Positions 17,618-27,876 of a stretch of 36,064 nucleotides of DNA are shown here, piece by piece. Both the position numbers and the translations under genes were made by a program. How positions within the stretch are numbered: position 1 is the stretch's first letter; each line of letters opens with the position of its first letter. The stretch comes from Candidatus Iainarchaeum sp. (GTDB taxonomy: Archaea > Iainarchaeota > Iainarchaeia > JAGGVJ01), in assembly GCA_021158055.1 (NCBI GenBank), contig JAGGVJ010000039.1, positions 1 through 36,064 of the forward strand, written 5' to 3'. The notes beneath the pieces were generated by a model. That model saw nothing but the letters and a program-made list of their open reading frames with translations, did not search any database and was not told the origin of the DNA.

Positions 17618-17665
17618 ATTAATCCCTCCGATGTTAAAGATTACTTTTTTATTTACTGGCTTGCC

Positions 17666-18253
17666 ATGTTAGATATGTTTTTTTTTAACGTGAAAACAAA
17701 TTTGAATAATGATTCAAACACTGCTTTTGCATGGGTGTGTTTTGCAAACAAAAACGAAGAAGGCATGTTAAAATCTGCAAACAGGGCTGCAAAGCGATTT
17801 GACTGCGTTGTCCAGTTGATTGATGCGAAAAATATCTGTTCAAAACAACACATAGTTAATAGTGTGTTTTTGGCTTTAAAATCTTTCGAAAATAAATCTA
17901 ATTTTTCCCAAAATTTGGGTCTTGAGATTCTCCTGCGTGCTTCTGCAGGGAAAAACATAAAAAACGCAATTGAAGTCATGGGCGTGAAAAACACACAAGA
18001 TACTTACGTTGCAGTTGCGCTTGGAGACTCGTGCAGGGAAGCGGTTTCTTTTCTGTTGTCTGACGCAGTCGGTTCAAAAGAAGTTGCGGAAAAAAAACCT
18101 TCGCAAGAGTCCACGGGTCATATTATGCAGGTGTTTGATGTTTCTTCTGCGCAAATCAGTTTGATTGCGCAAACCAAGGGGTTTGAAGAAAGATACAATG
18201 CATTATGCGGCCTTGTTCTTGAAAAAGTTGCACTGCTTGACCTTGAACGCTGA
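17666..18253 (+). CDS. cgi121: KEOPS complex subunit Cgi121
   Basis: VQLIDA...H...LALKSF..N...LGLEILLRASAGKNIKNAIEVMGVK and C-terminal LEKVALL. Start uncertain (the track start overlaps rps8e). Confidence 0.82.
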   Translation: MLDMFFFNVKTNLNNDSNTAFAWVCFANKNEEGMLKSANRAAKRFDCVVQLIDAKNICSKQHIVNSVFLALKSFENKSNFSQNLGLEILLRASAGKNIKNAIEVMGVKNTQDTYVAVALGDSCREAVSFLLSDAVGSKEVAEKKPSQESTGHIMQVFDVSSAQISLIAQTKGFEERYNALCGLVLEKVALLDLER

Positions 18254-18277
18254 TTTTGCATTTGTCAGCTGCAGTAA

Positions 18278-20599
18278 TCAGTTGTTGATTTTGTCTTCTT
18301 CAAATTTTCTTGTCAGTATGTCGCGGATTGCCTGTGCTTTTTTCTCCCCAAGGTTTTCTGTTTTTTTCAATTCTTCATCGCTTGCACTGAAAACTGCTTC
18401 AACCGAGCCGAATTTTTTCAGCAGTTCACATGCCATTACAGGACCGATTCCGGGAAGGCTTTCAACGATAAACTGCTGCTGTTGCGCAGCCGTCATTGCG
18501 GTTTTTTCACCTTGAAGCCTGACAGGCCTTTTTTCGTCAAACTGCTCCCTTTTTGCCATGGCAGCCAAAATCATTGCGGTTTCCGCAGGGTTTTGCGTTG
18601 ACACGACCGGCATTGAATAATCCACGATGATTGATGCGATTGCTCCACTAATTGCTTTTGGACTGATGTTCCTGAGCGAGTAAATGTTGCTTCCTTCAAC
18701 GATTAGCACTGGTTTTTCAAAATTCCTGCGCAGTTCTTTAACTTGGGAAAAAAGCCTCCCGTCAAGCAGGGACTGCAAAAAGTCGTCTGCTGCTTTTCGC
18801 TCCACAGCGACCCTGTCGCTTAAAATGTAGTCTGCAACAGGCAACTGCTTTGCTTTCACTGCAATATCCAGTTCTGCAAGGTGCCGCATGACCCTGCTTG
18901 CTTTTTCCCTGTGGTCAACGATTATTATGGCTTGCGTCTGTTTCAAGTCAGTTTCCCCCTTGTTGTTTTCGCGTGAAAATTCAAGAATGCTTTTTTGATG
19001 CCGGTCTTCCGTCGGTTTGCTTTCACTTTTTTGTTCAAAGAGTGAAGTGTTTTTGCCGTTGAAAACTTTGCTCATGGAATTAAGCGTGCGGATCATTTTT
19101 CTTTCTTTTGATATGCTTGACCAGTAAAAGGATTCGTCGCGGGTTTTTTTTGCCATGAAGATGAATACTTTTCCTTTCTGCGAGCGTCCGGTCCTTCCGC
19201 GCCTTTGTATAAACCGTATTTCTGAAGGCACAGGCTCGTAAAGTATGACCGCGTCAACTGCGGGAATGTCAAGGCCTTCTTCTGCAACAGAAGTTGCAAC
19301 AAGCACATTGAATTTTCCTTTTCGAAAACGCTCAAGCATTTCATGCTGTTTTTTTTGTGAGAGCCCTTTGTCGTTTGTCTTCATGGCCTGCCCGATAAAC
19401 CGTTCTGCAGAGATGCCTTTGATGCCGTTGATTTCGTTGACTATCCTGCTGGCGGTGTTTCTGTAGTTTGAAAAAACAATGAATTTTGCCTTTGGGTTTT
19501 TTGAAAGAAGAAGTTTCAGGGTTTCAAGGAGTTTCGGAAGCTTTGGGTGATCTATTCCCTTGTTTTTGAGTTTTTCGCAAAGGACCCTGGCTTTAGTTAT
19601 CTGCATGTCGGAAAGCAGGCGTTTTTCTGCTTTGCTTTTGATTTTTTTTTCATTTATGGAATTGAAATACTTGCTTAAGGAATGAATGCCTTGCGTTTCA
19701 AGCAGTTCTATGGCGTAAGTGAGTTTCATTAATGATGCCTGCAGCGATATCGCAGCAAAACTGAGGGGATCCCGTTTTTCAAGCATGATGGTTCTTATCT
19801 TGCTTCCGAGGTCAAGCAGGTTTTTTTTGGTTAAGTTTTTGATGTCGGCGCTTTCGATAAATTCCATTTTTTTGAGTTCGTTCAGCCTTTGCGAACATAC
19901 GTTTTCAAGCAGCTTTTTTATGTCAGTGAACTCTTGCGGCAGGTCAACTTTCACCCAGTCGATCTCAAGCTCTTTTACATATTCTTTGACGTCGCTGTCT
20001 CCTGAAGTTTTTATTTCAATGTTGTTTATGTTCAAATTTGAGCACACGTCGTTTATTTTTTCAACGCTTGCTCCCGGAGACGCGGTAAGCGCAAGGACCA
20101 GCTGGTTTTTGCCCTGCCGTTGATACTGTTTTGATATAAAGACGTAGGCATAGTTTTTCACTGCGCGGTGCGCCTCGTCAAAGATAAGCAGTGAGACGTC
20201 GCTTAAGTCAATGTTTGAAGAGACAAGCTCGTTTTCAATGGTCTGGGGCGTTGCGCAGATGACTGTGCTTTTCCTCCATAAATCGCTTCTTTCTTCCGGT
20301 TTTAACGCGCCGGTCATGAGTGAAAAGGAATCTTCTTTGAGATTGATGAATGCTTTCATGGACCTGTGGTGCTGGACTGCAAGCGGTTTTGTTGGGGCAA
20401 GGAAAAGCACTTTTGACTTTGGGTTTTTTTTAAGGACGGCTGCAGACACCATTGCTGCAATGACTGTTTTTCCAAGCGCGGTGGGAGCAACCACCAAAGA
20501 GCTGCCTTTGTCGATTATTCTTGCAGTGAGGATTTCCTGATAAAGCCTTGATTTGATGGAACCGGACCGGATGAGCGGGTGTTTAATTGTGCCTGCCAT
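18278..20599 (-). CDS. hef: Hef helicase-nuclease (SF2 DEAH + ERCC4 + HhH)
   Basis: APTALGKT, DEAH, TASPG, ATSVAEEGLDIP, QRRGRTGR, VDHRE, ERK, HhH LPGIGP. Confidence 0.96.
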   Translation of the reverse strand: MAGTIKHPLIRSGSIKSRLYQEILTARIIDKGSSLVVAPTALGKTVIAAMVSAAVLKKNPKSKVLFLAPTKPLAVQHHRSMKAFINLKEDSFSLMTGALKPEERSDLWRKSTVICATPQTIENELVSSNIDLSDVSLLIFDEAHRAVKNYAYVFISKQYQRQGKNQLVLALTASPGASVEKINDVCSNLNINNIEIKTSGDSDVKEYVKELEIDWVKVDLPQEFTDIKKLLENVCSQRLNELKKMEFIESADIKNLTKKNLLDLGSKIRTIMLEKRDPLSFAAISLQASLMKLTYAIELLETQGIHSLSKYFNSINEKKIKSKAEKRLLSDMQITKARVLCEKLKNKGIDHPKLPKLLETLKLLLSKNPKAKFIVFSNYRNTASRIVNEINGIKGISAERFIGQAMKTNDKGLSQKKQHEMLERFRKGKFNVLVATSVAEEGLDIPAVDAVILYEPVPSEIRFIQRRGRTGRSQKGKVFIFMAKKTRDESFYWSSISKERKMIRTLNSMSKVFNGKNTSLFEQKSESKPTEDRHQKSILEFSRENNKGETDLKQTQAIIIVDHREKASRVMRHLAELDIAVKAKQLPVADYILSDRVAVERKAADDFLQSLLDGRLFSQVKELRRNFEKPVLIVEGSNIYSLRNISPKAISGAIASIIVDYSMPVVSTQNPAETAMILAAMAKREQFDEKRPVRLQGEKTAMTAAQQQQFIVESLPGIGPVMACELLKKFGSVEAVFSASDEELKKTENLGEKKAQAIRDILTRKFEEDKINN

Positions 20600-20779
20600 G
20601 AATTAATTAAGTTAATCAGGCCTTAAATAATATAAGTTTTCCAATTAGCACTGTATTTTGCATATGGGAATATGGTGGAAAACTCAATTTATTTTTGACA
20701 ATGTCCGAAAATCCACGGGTTTTTGCAGGAAAAATGCTGAAACGTTAGTGTGGGCACACATAACCCAGGCAAACAATCA

Positions 20780-21244
20780 TCACTTAATACCTAATTGTTC
20801 ATCTAAAGGTGGATTTGAAAAATATGCCCGTACATTAAAATCAAAATTCACAAGTTCAATCATTTCAAAGTCTTTTCTTTCTATTAATTTGAAGCCGTCT
20901 TTAGGTAAATATTTATTTTTAAAATCGAAATAGTTAAAAACAGTGAAATCTGCATCGCCACGTTCAGGCCTGGTTTTATCTGGATTACGTATCTTAAGTA
21001 ATCTGAGATTTCCTGCAACTGTTTTAATTGGATTAATCTCAAATAAAGGGCCTGTAGGAGTATCTTTAATTATTTTTCCGATTTTATTAGCAACCTTGAT
21101 TAAGATTTCAAATTCTTCAGAACTTTGAGAAAAGATGCAAGCATAATTTACTTGTGCATTCTGTTCTGCAGTATATTTATTTTTTAACTCGCAAGATTGT
21201 TTTACAATTCCTTGAACTTGTTTTTTTAAATCTTCTGTTTCCAT
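20780..21244 (-). CDS. Hypothetical protein, AT-rich
   Basis: 154-aa intact ORF with ATG start; compositionally distinct from flanks. Confidence 0.75.
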   Translation of the reverse strand: METEDLKKQVQGIVKQSCELKNKYTAEQNAQVNYACIFSQSSEEFEILIKVANKIGKIIKDTPTGPLFEINPIKTVAGNLRLLKIRNPDKTRPERGDADFTVFNYFDFKNKYLPKDGFKLIERKDFEMIELVNFDFNVRAYFSNPPLDEQLGIK

Positions 21245-21387
21245 AACAATAATTAGATTAAACTTATTTTATATAGATTTCTAAACGGTTGTTTGATGGT
21301 GTGCTGACTTGACAGATTAGTTTTTAGATAATTATTTAAACAATTTTGCGGTTATTTGTTAATAGTTTAGTTGATGGAGGTTTTTAG

Positions 21388-21600
21388 ATGTCTGAATTGC
21401 CAGTAGCACCCGTAGCAAGGATTATTAAGAACGCGGGGGGTTCCAGAGTTTCTGATGTCGCTGCAAAAGAACTCGCGGAATTTCTCGAAGAAGTCGGAAC
21501 AGATGTTGCCATCCAGGCGATAGCAATGGCAAAACACGCCGGAAGAACAACTGTCAAAGCCGTTGACATAAAAATGGCCAAAAAAACACTTGGCGTCTGA
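21388..21600 (+). CDS. Archaeal histone (HMf family)
   Basis: [19 protein letters not shown]...[14 protein letters not shown]; SD GGAGG. Confidence 0.96.
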   Translation: MSELPVAPVARIIKNAGGSRVSDVAAKELAEFLEEVGTDVAIQAIAMAKHAGRTTVKAVDIKMAKKTLGV

Positions 21601-21619
21601 CCACTTAAACTGAAAGCGC

Positions 21620-21690
21620 GGGAAAGAATAATTGCAGTTAAAATGCAGTCAATCGGATTGCTTTTAATTGAATTATTTCCTCCGTTTTTT
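21620..21690 (+). terminator. Long imperfect hairpin plus T-tract after histone gene
   Basis: AATAATT-g-CAGTTAAAA-t-GCAGTC pairs with GATTGC-TTTTAATTG-AATTATT, followed by a T run. Confidence 0.5.
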
Positions 21691-21728
21691 GGTTATTTTT
21701 TATTTTAAAAAATTTTTAGGGTGATTTT

Positions 21729-23000
21729 ATCCAGTACATAGACCTTGGTTACCAGCCTACAAAAAACGACTTAATCTGTGAATACACTTTTGAATCCGGA
21801 CTCTCCCCGGAAGATGCAGCTTCAAGGCTTGCCGGCGAGTCATCCATAGGCACGTGGACTGAAATATCCACCATGAAACCGGGGATTGCGAAAAAACTTG
21901 CACCGCACGTGTTTTTTATTGATAAAAAGACAAAGACTGTGAGAATCGCGTATCCTGAAGAGCTTTTTGAACAGGGCAACATGCCGCAGATACTCAGCAG
22001 CATTGCAGGAAACATTTTCGGCATGAAAGCAGTGGACAATCTTCGTTTGCAGGATATTGATTTTCCTTCTTTGGTAATAAAATCGTTTAAGGGGCCGAAG
22101 TTTGGAATAAAAGGGATAAGAAAGTTCATGTCAGTGAAAAACAGGCCGTTTGTCGGGACAATAGTCAAACCAAAAGTCGGGCTGAATGAAACAGAACACG
22201 CCAAAGTGGCTTTTGATGCATGGACAGGTGGCTGTGACATAGTAAAAGACGACGAGAACCTCACTTCAATGACGTTCAATAATTTTGAGGACAGGGTGAT
22301 AAAAACCCTTGAAGCAAGGGACCGCGCGCAGCAAGAAACCGGTGAGAAAAAAGCATACATGCCGAATGTTACTGCCGAGACAGGCGAGATGATTAAAAGA
22401 GCCGAGTTTGTCAGGGAACACGGCGGCCGCTATGCAATGATTGACATAATAACAAGCGGTTTTTCCGGGCTCCAGTCGCTTCGGGAAGCAGACCTTGGCC
22501 TTGCAATCCACGCCCACCGCGCCATGTACGCGGCACTTTCAAGGAACCCAAAGCACGGCGTAAGCATGCTTGTAATTGCAAAGATTGCGAGAATAGTTGG
22601 GGTTGACCAGCTGCACATAGGGACTATTATCGGGAAAATGCACGGCGGTGCCGGTGAAGTGAAATCAATTCAAGATGCTGTTGAAAAACAAAAAATAAGC
22701 GCCGGCTCAAAGATTTCGTCGCACGTGCTTGGGCAAGATTGGGGTGATACAAACACTGTTTTGGCGGTTTCTTCGGGGGGATTGCACCCTGGACACATTT
22801 CAAAACTGGTTGAACTCATGGGCTCTGACGTGGTAATCCAGCTTGGTGGCGGAATACACGGTCACCCGGACGGGACATTTGCCGGTGCGAAAGCCGCGAG
22901 GGATGCGATTAACGCAAGCGTTTCAGGAGTTTCATTGGAAGAAGCTTCAAAGCAGTCAACAGAGCTTGCGGCAGCCATAAAAAAATGGGGCGTTGTGTGA
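21729..23000 (+). CDS. rbcL: Form III RuBisCO large subunit
   Basis: GESSIGTWT, GNIFGMK, GTIVKPKVG, DIVKDDE, HAHRAM, HIGTIIGKM, SSGGLH, QLGGGIHGHPDG. The conserved N-terminus extends 48 codons upstream of the track ATG, to ATC 21729. Confidence 0.95.
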   Translation: MQYIDLGYQPTKNDLICEYTFESGLSPEDAASRLAGESSIGTWTEISTMKPGIAKKLAPHVFFIDKKTKTVRIAYPEELFEQGNMPQILSSIAGNIFGMKAVDNLRLQDIDFPSLVIKSFKGPKFGIKGIRKFMSVKNRPFVGTIVKPKVGLNETEHAKVAFDAWTGGCDIVKDDENLTSMTFNNFEDRVIKTLEARDRAQQETGEKKAYMPNVTAETGEMIKRAEFVREHGGRYAMIDIITSGFSGLQSLREADLGLAIHAHRAMYAALSRNPKHGVSMLVIAKIARIVGVDQLHIGTIIGKMHGGAGEVKSIQDAVEKQKISAGSKISSHVLGQDWGDTNTVLAVSSGGLHPGHISKLVELMGSDVVIQLGGGIHGHPDGTFAGAKAARDAINASVSGVSLEEASKQSTELAAAIKKWGVV

Positions 23001-23570
23001 TTGCCGGCTTTGTGCGGTTCCTTTGAAAAACAAGGCCGTGTTCTTCTTGCAACATCAAACAAGAAAAAAGTCAGGGAGTTTTCAGGCATTCTCGGCTTTG
23101 AACTTGAGCAGTTTGATGTTGACCTTGACGAAGTGCAGGCAGTTGATCCTGAAAAAGTGGCGTTTCACAAGGCAAAGAAAGCATTTGAGCTTTCACGGTG
23201 TCCTGTGGTAGTTGAAGACACGGCGCTTTATTTTTCTGCTTTGGGGGGTTTTCCGGGAGCGCTCATTAAATGGCTTGAGGACACAGCCGGGCTTGAATCA
23301 GCCTGCCGCGTCCTTGACGGGTTTTCTGACAGAAGCGCTGTTGCCGAGTCATGCGTGGTGTTTTTTGACGGTTCAGTGCAAAAAATGTTTCGCGGAAGAG
23401 TCAAGGGGATGATTTCAATGCATCCCTGCGGGGACAACGGTTTCGGGTGGGATTCCATTTTCATCCCGAAAAATGAAAACAAAAGCTTTGCACAGATGTC
23501 CGCAGTGAAAAAAGACTCCATGTCAATGCGAAAAAAAGCGCTTTTGCAACTGAAAGAATTTTTTTTCTGA
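23001..23570 (+). CDS. rdgB: Non-canonical purine NTP pyrophosphatase (RdgB/HAM1)
   Basis: ATSNKKK, VEDTAL, GFPGALIK, GFGWDSIF, SMR (SHR variant). Confidence 0.92.
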   Translation: MPALCGSFEKQGRVLLATSNKKKVREFSGILGFELEQFDVDLDEVQAVDPEKVAFHKAKKAFELSRCPVVVEDTALYFSALGGFPGALIKWLEDTAGLESACRVLDGFSDRSAVAESCVVFFDGSVQKMFRGRVKGMISMHPCGDNGFGWDSIFIPKNENKSFAQMSAVKKDSMSMRKKALLQLKEFFF

Positions 23571-23592
23571 AAGTTTTTAATCGCGACTGTTT

Positions 23593-24252
23593 TTATTCAA
23601 TCATGATGTCTATTGCGTCATCCAGATCCGAAACAAATTTGACTTTGAGGCCGTTGATTTTTTGAAGCTCTTCTTTTTCGGTTGGTGTGTGAAATTCTGA
23701 AACCACAAGCACTTTCCCGCCGATGTTTCTCACTGCGTGTGCTTTTTCAAGTATTTTTTGCACTTTTTCAATTTTGCCGATATCTGAAATTGTCCCTGAT
23801 GCAAAATACCCTTCCCTGATTTTTTTGTTTTCCGCAAGGCAGTAAATGGCAAGTCCGATGGGAAGCCCGGCGCTCGGGCCCTTTGCAAGGGACGCTTCTG
23901 ATTCAATGTGAATATACAGGTCATGGTTTCCGAAAAAAAAATTTGTTTTCGGGTTAATGAAAGTCACGGCGTCTTTGAACGACTGCTGGATGCTTGAATC
24001 TATTTTTGATTTTGTTGCGTCAAAGAACATTTTTCCGCTTCCGGGAACTGCAGTGACGTTTATTTTTACAACGGTTGCTTTTCCGCCGAGAAATGCCATG
24101 TCGGAAACCGCCGGCACTTGAACTGAAACAGTTTTTGATCCCTTCAGTAAAGGGTTTATGTTCAGAGCCCCGTAAACAGCAAACGCGCCAAGCAGAAAGG
24201 AAAGAATGAGCAGTCCTGCAAGAACGGGTTTTTTGAAATTGTTTTTTTTCAT
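23593..24252 (-). CDS. Membrane-anchored Lon-type (S16) serine protease domain without ATPase
   Basis: KGPSAG catalytic Ser, SGTI..G.I..V..ILEKAHA catalytic Lys, N-terminal TM; ATG 4 nt after GGTGA. Confidence 0.85.
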   Translation of the reverse strand: MKKNNFKKPVLAGLLILSFLLGAFAVYGALNINPLLKGSKTVSVQVPAVSDMAFLGGKATVVKINVTAVPGSGKMFFDATKSKIDSSIQQSFKDAVTFINPKTNFFFGNHDLYIHIESEASLAKGPSAGLPIGLAIYCLAENKKIREGYFASGTISDIGKIEKVQKILEKAHAVRNIGGKVLVVSEFHTPTEKEELQKINGLKVKFVSDLDDAIDIMIE

Positions 24253-24292
24253 ATTTTCACCTGCTGGTTTTGAGTTCACATGGTGGTTTCAA

Positions 24293-24571
24293 GCGCGCCG
24301 AAAGCATGCAAAGTGACTGTTCACGCCAAAGGGTTTCAACAGGAAAAGCTCCTTTCCGCAACCCAAAAGACGTAACTTCAAAAAGTTACAGTTGCTCCCT
24401 TCCGGGTCTGGCTGGGTTTACTTTATGAAGCCACCCTTTTGGACGGAAATTCAACGCTTAAATCAAGCTAAAAGGCCAACGGCAGAATACAGTGCCTTTG
24501 CAATTTCGCCCCTGCGTAAGCCCGCTGCAGGTTACAGGGGAGGGCTAGCCCCCCGGCATATTCCGGCGCAC
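24293..24571 (-). ncRNA. Archaeal SRP (7S) RNA
   Basis: Helix-8 motif CCAGACCCGGAAGGGAGCAA (24411-24392), Alu-like GGGGGGCTAGCC..CCTGTAACC, terminal pairing GTGCGCCGGAA/TTTCGGCGCGC, TATA TTTATAAG ~25 bp upstream. Confidence 0.92.
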
Positions 24572-24833
24572 AAAAATAATGCACTTGCTCTTATAAATAT
24601 CTTGAGATTTGAGTGCCTTTGTTCAGGGGATTTATTTGATTTTTTGAAGGATTGACTGTAAATTTGCGGGAGCTTGACTGAAAAATAATCTTGTTTAAGG
24701 GCTTGCCATCAAAAAAATTTTGCAAAAAATAATCCAAAAATAGGTATCATGCAAATTGATTCTTCTAAAGCTTTTTATATATCTTTAATTCTAATTATAA
24801 CAATCTATTTTCTTTTTGGGTTGAGGTGGTTTT

Positions 24834-25901
24834 TTGGAATCAATAGTTAAAGAAGCATTGAGTAAAGAAGTTTCTGTAGACAAATACGCTGAAGAATTCG
24901 GCGTTCCAAAGATTCGGGTTATCGGTTGCGGTGGAGCAGGAAACAACACTATTAACCGGCTTGCAAAACTTGGTGTTTCAGGCGCGGAACTTATTGCAAT
25001 AAACACTGACAAGCAACATCTTTCAATTATTGATGAGTCAATCAAGAAAGTGCTTATCGGAAAAAGCATTACAAGGGGGCTTGGAGCAGGTGGTTATCCT
25101 GAAATGGGTGCAAAGTCAGCTGAAGTTTCAAGAGCATCTCTTGAAGAAGCGCTTTCTGACACCGATATGCTTTTCCTGTGCGCCGGAATGGGTGGGGGAA
25201 CCGGAACAGGTTCTGCACCTGTTGTTGCAGAAATTGCAAAAGAACAAGGCGCAATAGTAATCGGGATGGTTACTTATCCGTTTGCGCTTGAGCGTGCAAG
25301 GCTTTCAAAAGCCGACGACGGGTTAAAGGCTTTGTCTGAAGTCGCTGACACGGTGATTGTCATTGATAACAACAGGCTTGTTCACCTTGTGCCGAACCTT
25401 CCCATGAATCAGGCGTTTGCGGTTGCGGATGAGGTTATTTCAAGAGCAGTCAGGGGAATAACTGAAACCATTACCCAGCCGTCACTCATAAACCTTGATT
25501 ATGCGGACGTTCGTTCTGTCATGAGCAACGCAGGGCTTTCAATGATTGCCGTGGGTGAAGCAAAAGGCGTCAATAGGGTTGAAGAAGCAGCACAGTCCAC
25601 AATGGAAAACGCTTTGCTTGATGTCGACTGGAAAGGCGCAAAAGGCGCGTTGATTCACATAACCGGTGGGCAGGATCTTACGCTCGGTGAAGCAAATGAC
25701 CTTGGAGAACTCGTAACCGGTGACGTTGACTCGGCAGCAAGTGTTATCTGGGGCGCGAGAATTTCCCCGATGTTTGAAGGAAAAATTGAAGTTATTGCAA
25801 TCATGACCGGGGTTACAGGCGCCCACATTTCAGGACCTGTGTCAAAAGGAATGGATGGCTCAAAAGGCGGCCATGACCTTGGAATTGATTTCATAAAGTA
25901 A
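24834..25901 (+). CDS. ftsZ: Cell division protein FtsZ
   Basis: [33 protein letters not shown]; TTG after GAGGTG. Confidence 0.97.
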   Translation: MESIVKEALSKEVSVDKYAEEFGVPKIRVIGCGGAGNNTINRLAKLGVSGAELIAINTDKQHLSIIDESIKKVLIGKSITRGLGAGGYPEMGAKSAEVSRASLEEALSDTDMLFLCAGMGGGTGTGSAPVVAEIAKEQGAIVIGMVTYPFALERARLSKADDGLKALSEVADTVIVIDNNRLVHLVPNLPMNQAFAVADEVISRAVRGITETITQPSLINLDYADVRSVMSNAGLSMIAVGEAKGVNRVEEAAQSTMENALLDVDWKGAKGALIHITGGQDLTLGEANDLGELVTGDVDSAASVIWGARISPMFEGKIEVIAIMTGVTGAHISGPVSKGMDGSKGGHDLGIDFIK

Positions 25902-25924
25902 GTCTTCAGATATATTACCTGATG

Positions 25925-25967
25925 AAAAGGCATGCAAAAGCGTGCCTTTTTACTTTTTCTTTTTTTG
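25925..25967. terminator. Hairpin with T-tract between convergent ftsZ and xpd
   Basis: AAAAGGCATGC-AAAA-GCGTGCCTTTT followed by a T-rich stretch. Confidence 0.6.
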
Positions 25968-25998
25968 TTGAATTGTTTATTTGTTCATTTTGAATTCT

Positions 25999-27876
25999 TT
26001 AATCTTTCCAGAACTCTTCAATCGGTTCACCCATTCTGATGGATTCAAGATTGATTTCTTGTGGCATGCATTCCCTGAACTTGGACCAGTCAAACCGTTC
26101 ATCCATAAACACAATGACTCCCTTGTCAGTTTCGCTTCGGATGCATCTTCCCGCAGCCTGGACAGCGCGCTGTATTGCCGGGTAGTTGTAGCCGTAGTTT
26201 TGGCCTTGGCCGAATTTTTCCTCGTAATATTCAATCAATGCCTTTATTTCAATTGACGGAACGCTTAGCGCCACCCCGACGATTATGACTGAAAGCAGGC
26301 TTGTTCCGGGCAGATCTATCCCTTCAGCGAAACTGCCTCCCTGCACCCCGACAAGAACTCCTCCAAAACCCATGCCGGCGTTTTTGAATGCAATCAATGT
26401 GTTTTTTACGTCTTTTGGCTTCATTGCCTCTTCCTGCACAAACAACTGTTTTGATATCTTTTCTTCCATGAAAGGCAGAACCATTCTCAGGTAATTGTGG
26501 CTTGGGAAAAACACTGCACAGTTGCCTGGCGTCTTGCTGACGACCATTGCTATCCTTGACGCAATCCTTTCAAATTCAGAGGGGGTTCTTTTCGAGAAAG
26601 AGGTTGAAACGCTTCGGACAATCAAATCAATCCTGTTGTTTTTTGGAAAAGGGGAATCAAAAGACGCAAGTATTGCGCGGTCTTTTCCCACGCCGAGAAT
26701 GTCCGAATACATTTTCGGGGGGTAAAGGGTTCCGCTCATCATGATTGTGGAATGGGAATTGTCAATTACTTTTGAAGACGAAATTGACGGGTCAAGGCAT
26801 TTTACAGACAGTGCGGCTCCAAAGTTTTTCCGCGAGACAACCCTGACAAAAGAATTGCTTTTTTCTGCCCACGAATTAAGAAAAGAAGCTGTTTTGAATA
26901 ACGCCGCAAATTCCTTGTTTGTCTTTTCAGAAAAGGCTTCTCCGGCGCTGTCAAACAACCCGGCGTAGTTTTTTGCGTCTTCAGCGCTTAAGCCGAGTTC
27001 AGAAAATTCCACGCGTGCTGAATCGCATTTTTGAAGCTTTTTTGACGCAATGTTGTTTAATGAGTTTATCAGGACAGTCGCTTCTTCAGTATCCCATTCT
27101 ATTTCCGTCAATTCTTCTTTTGCTTTTTTCAGGAGGGAGTTGTTTATTGAAGTGCTTAAAAAATCGCGTATCCGGTCAGGCAAATTGTGCGCCTCGTCAA
27201 CGATTATTATGCAGTCCTCAAGGTTCAGGTTGTGCTTTGAAAGGAACGTTCCCCGGATTGACGGGGAAAAAATCTGCAGGAAATCGCAGATTATCAGGTT
27301 TGCTTTCCCGCATAAAATAGATGCTATTTCGTAAGCGCACGGGCTTTTCCCGTTTATTTTGTTGTTTTTGCAAAATTCCATTATCTGGGAATTTGAAACC
27401 ACTCTGTTGTGCCGGTCAAGCAGTTGTTCTGAAAAGTTTTTTGTTTCAGCAGTTATTTTTCCATTGTCTTTCATGACTGAAAGGTTTTGGCACGAATCGT
27501 TTTTCCTGTGGCTTTCGCAAATCCTGTAAAAGTCGCCTGACTGCATGTCCTGCATGAATGGGTTTGAGCACATGTTGTTTCTGCCCACGAAGTCCACTGC
27601 AGTTATGTCAATGTTGTGCTTTTCTTTTATTCCGCGCGCGACATCAATTGCCATCTGGTGCTGGGCGGTTTTCGGAGTCAAAAAGATTACTTTTTTGTTG
27701 TTTTGAATTGCGTAAGACATGCAGACTGAAATGGAGGCATCGGTTTTTCCAAGACCCGTCGGCGCGTTTGCAACCAGGTGTTTTTTTTCAGTTACTGCTT
27801 TTTGCATTTTGTCCATCAGTTTTTGCTGTTCTTTTCTTGGGTTGTCGTGCCTGAAATAAGTTTCCATGTTTATCAT
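25999..27876 (-). CDS. xpd: XPD/Rad3-family Fe-S DNA helicase
   Basis: APTGLGKT, four Cys of the Fe-S domain, VDEAHNL, MSGTL, FAEGIDLP, QAAGRCIR. Confidence 0.92.
   Translation of the reverse strand: MINMETYFRHDNPRKEQQKLMDKMQKAVTEKKHLVANAPTGLGKTDASISVCMSYAIQNNKKVIFLTPKTAQHQMAIDVARGIKEKHNIDITAVDFVGRNNMCSNPFMQDMQSGDFYRICESHRKNDSCQNLSVMKDNGKITAETKNFSEQLLDRHNRVVSNSQIMEFCKNNKINGKSPCAYEIASILCGKANLIICDFLQIFSPSIRGTFLSKHNLNLEDCIIIVDEAHNLPDRIRDFLSTSINNSLLKKAKEELTEIEWDTEEATVLINSLNNIASKKLQKCDSARVEFSELGLSAEDAKNYAGLFDSAGEAFSEKTNKEFAALFKTASFLNSWAEKSNSFVRVVSRKNFGAALSVKCLDPSISSSKVIDNSHSTIMMSGTLYPPKMYSDILGVGKDRAILASFDSPFPKNNRIDLIVRSVSTSFSKRTPSEFERIASRIAMVVSKTPGNCAVFFPSHNYLRMVLPFMEEKISKQLFVQEEAMKPKDVKNTLIAFKNAGMGFGGVLVGVQGGSFAEGIDLPGTSLLSVIIVGVALSVPSIEIKALIEYYEEKFGQGQNYGYNYPAIQRAVQAAGRCIRSETDKGVIVFMDERFDWSKFRECMPQEINLESIRMGEPIEEFWKD

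Noticed and set aside
20640-20780. attC-like CTAAC downstream of the AT-rich gene
   Set aside because: No matching GTTRRRY end or convincing palindrome, and no integron integrase.
24392-24655. 87-aa ORF in the track
   Set aside because: Lies antisense to the SRP RNA; no protein-like motifs.
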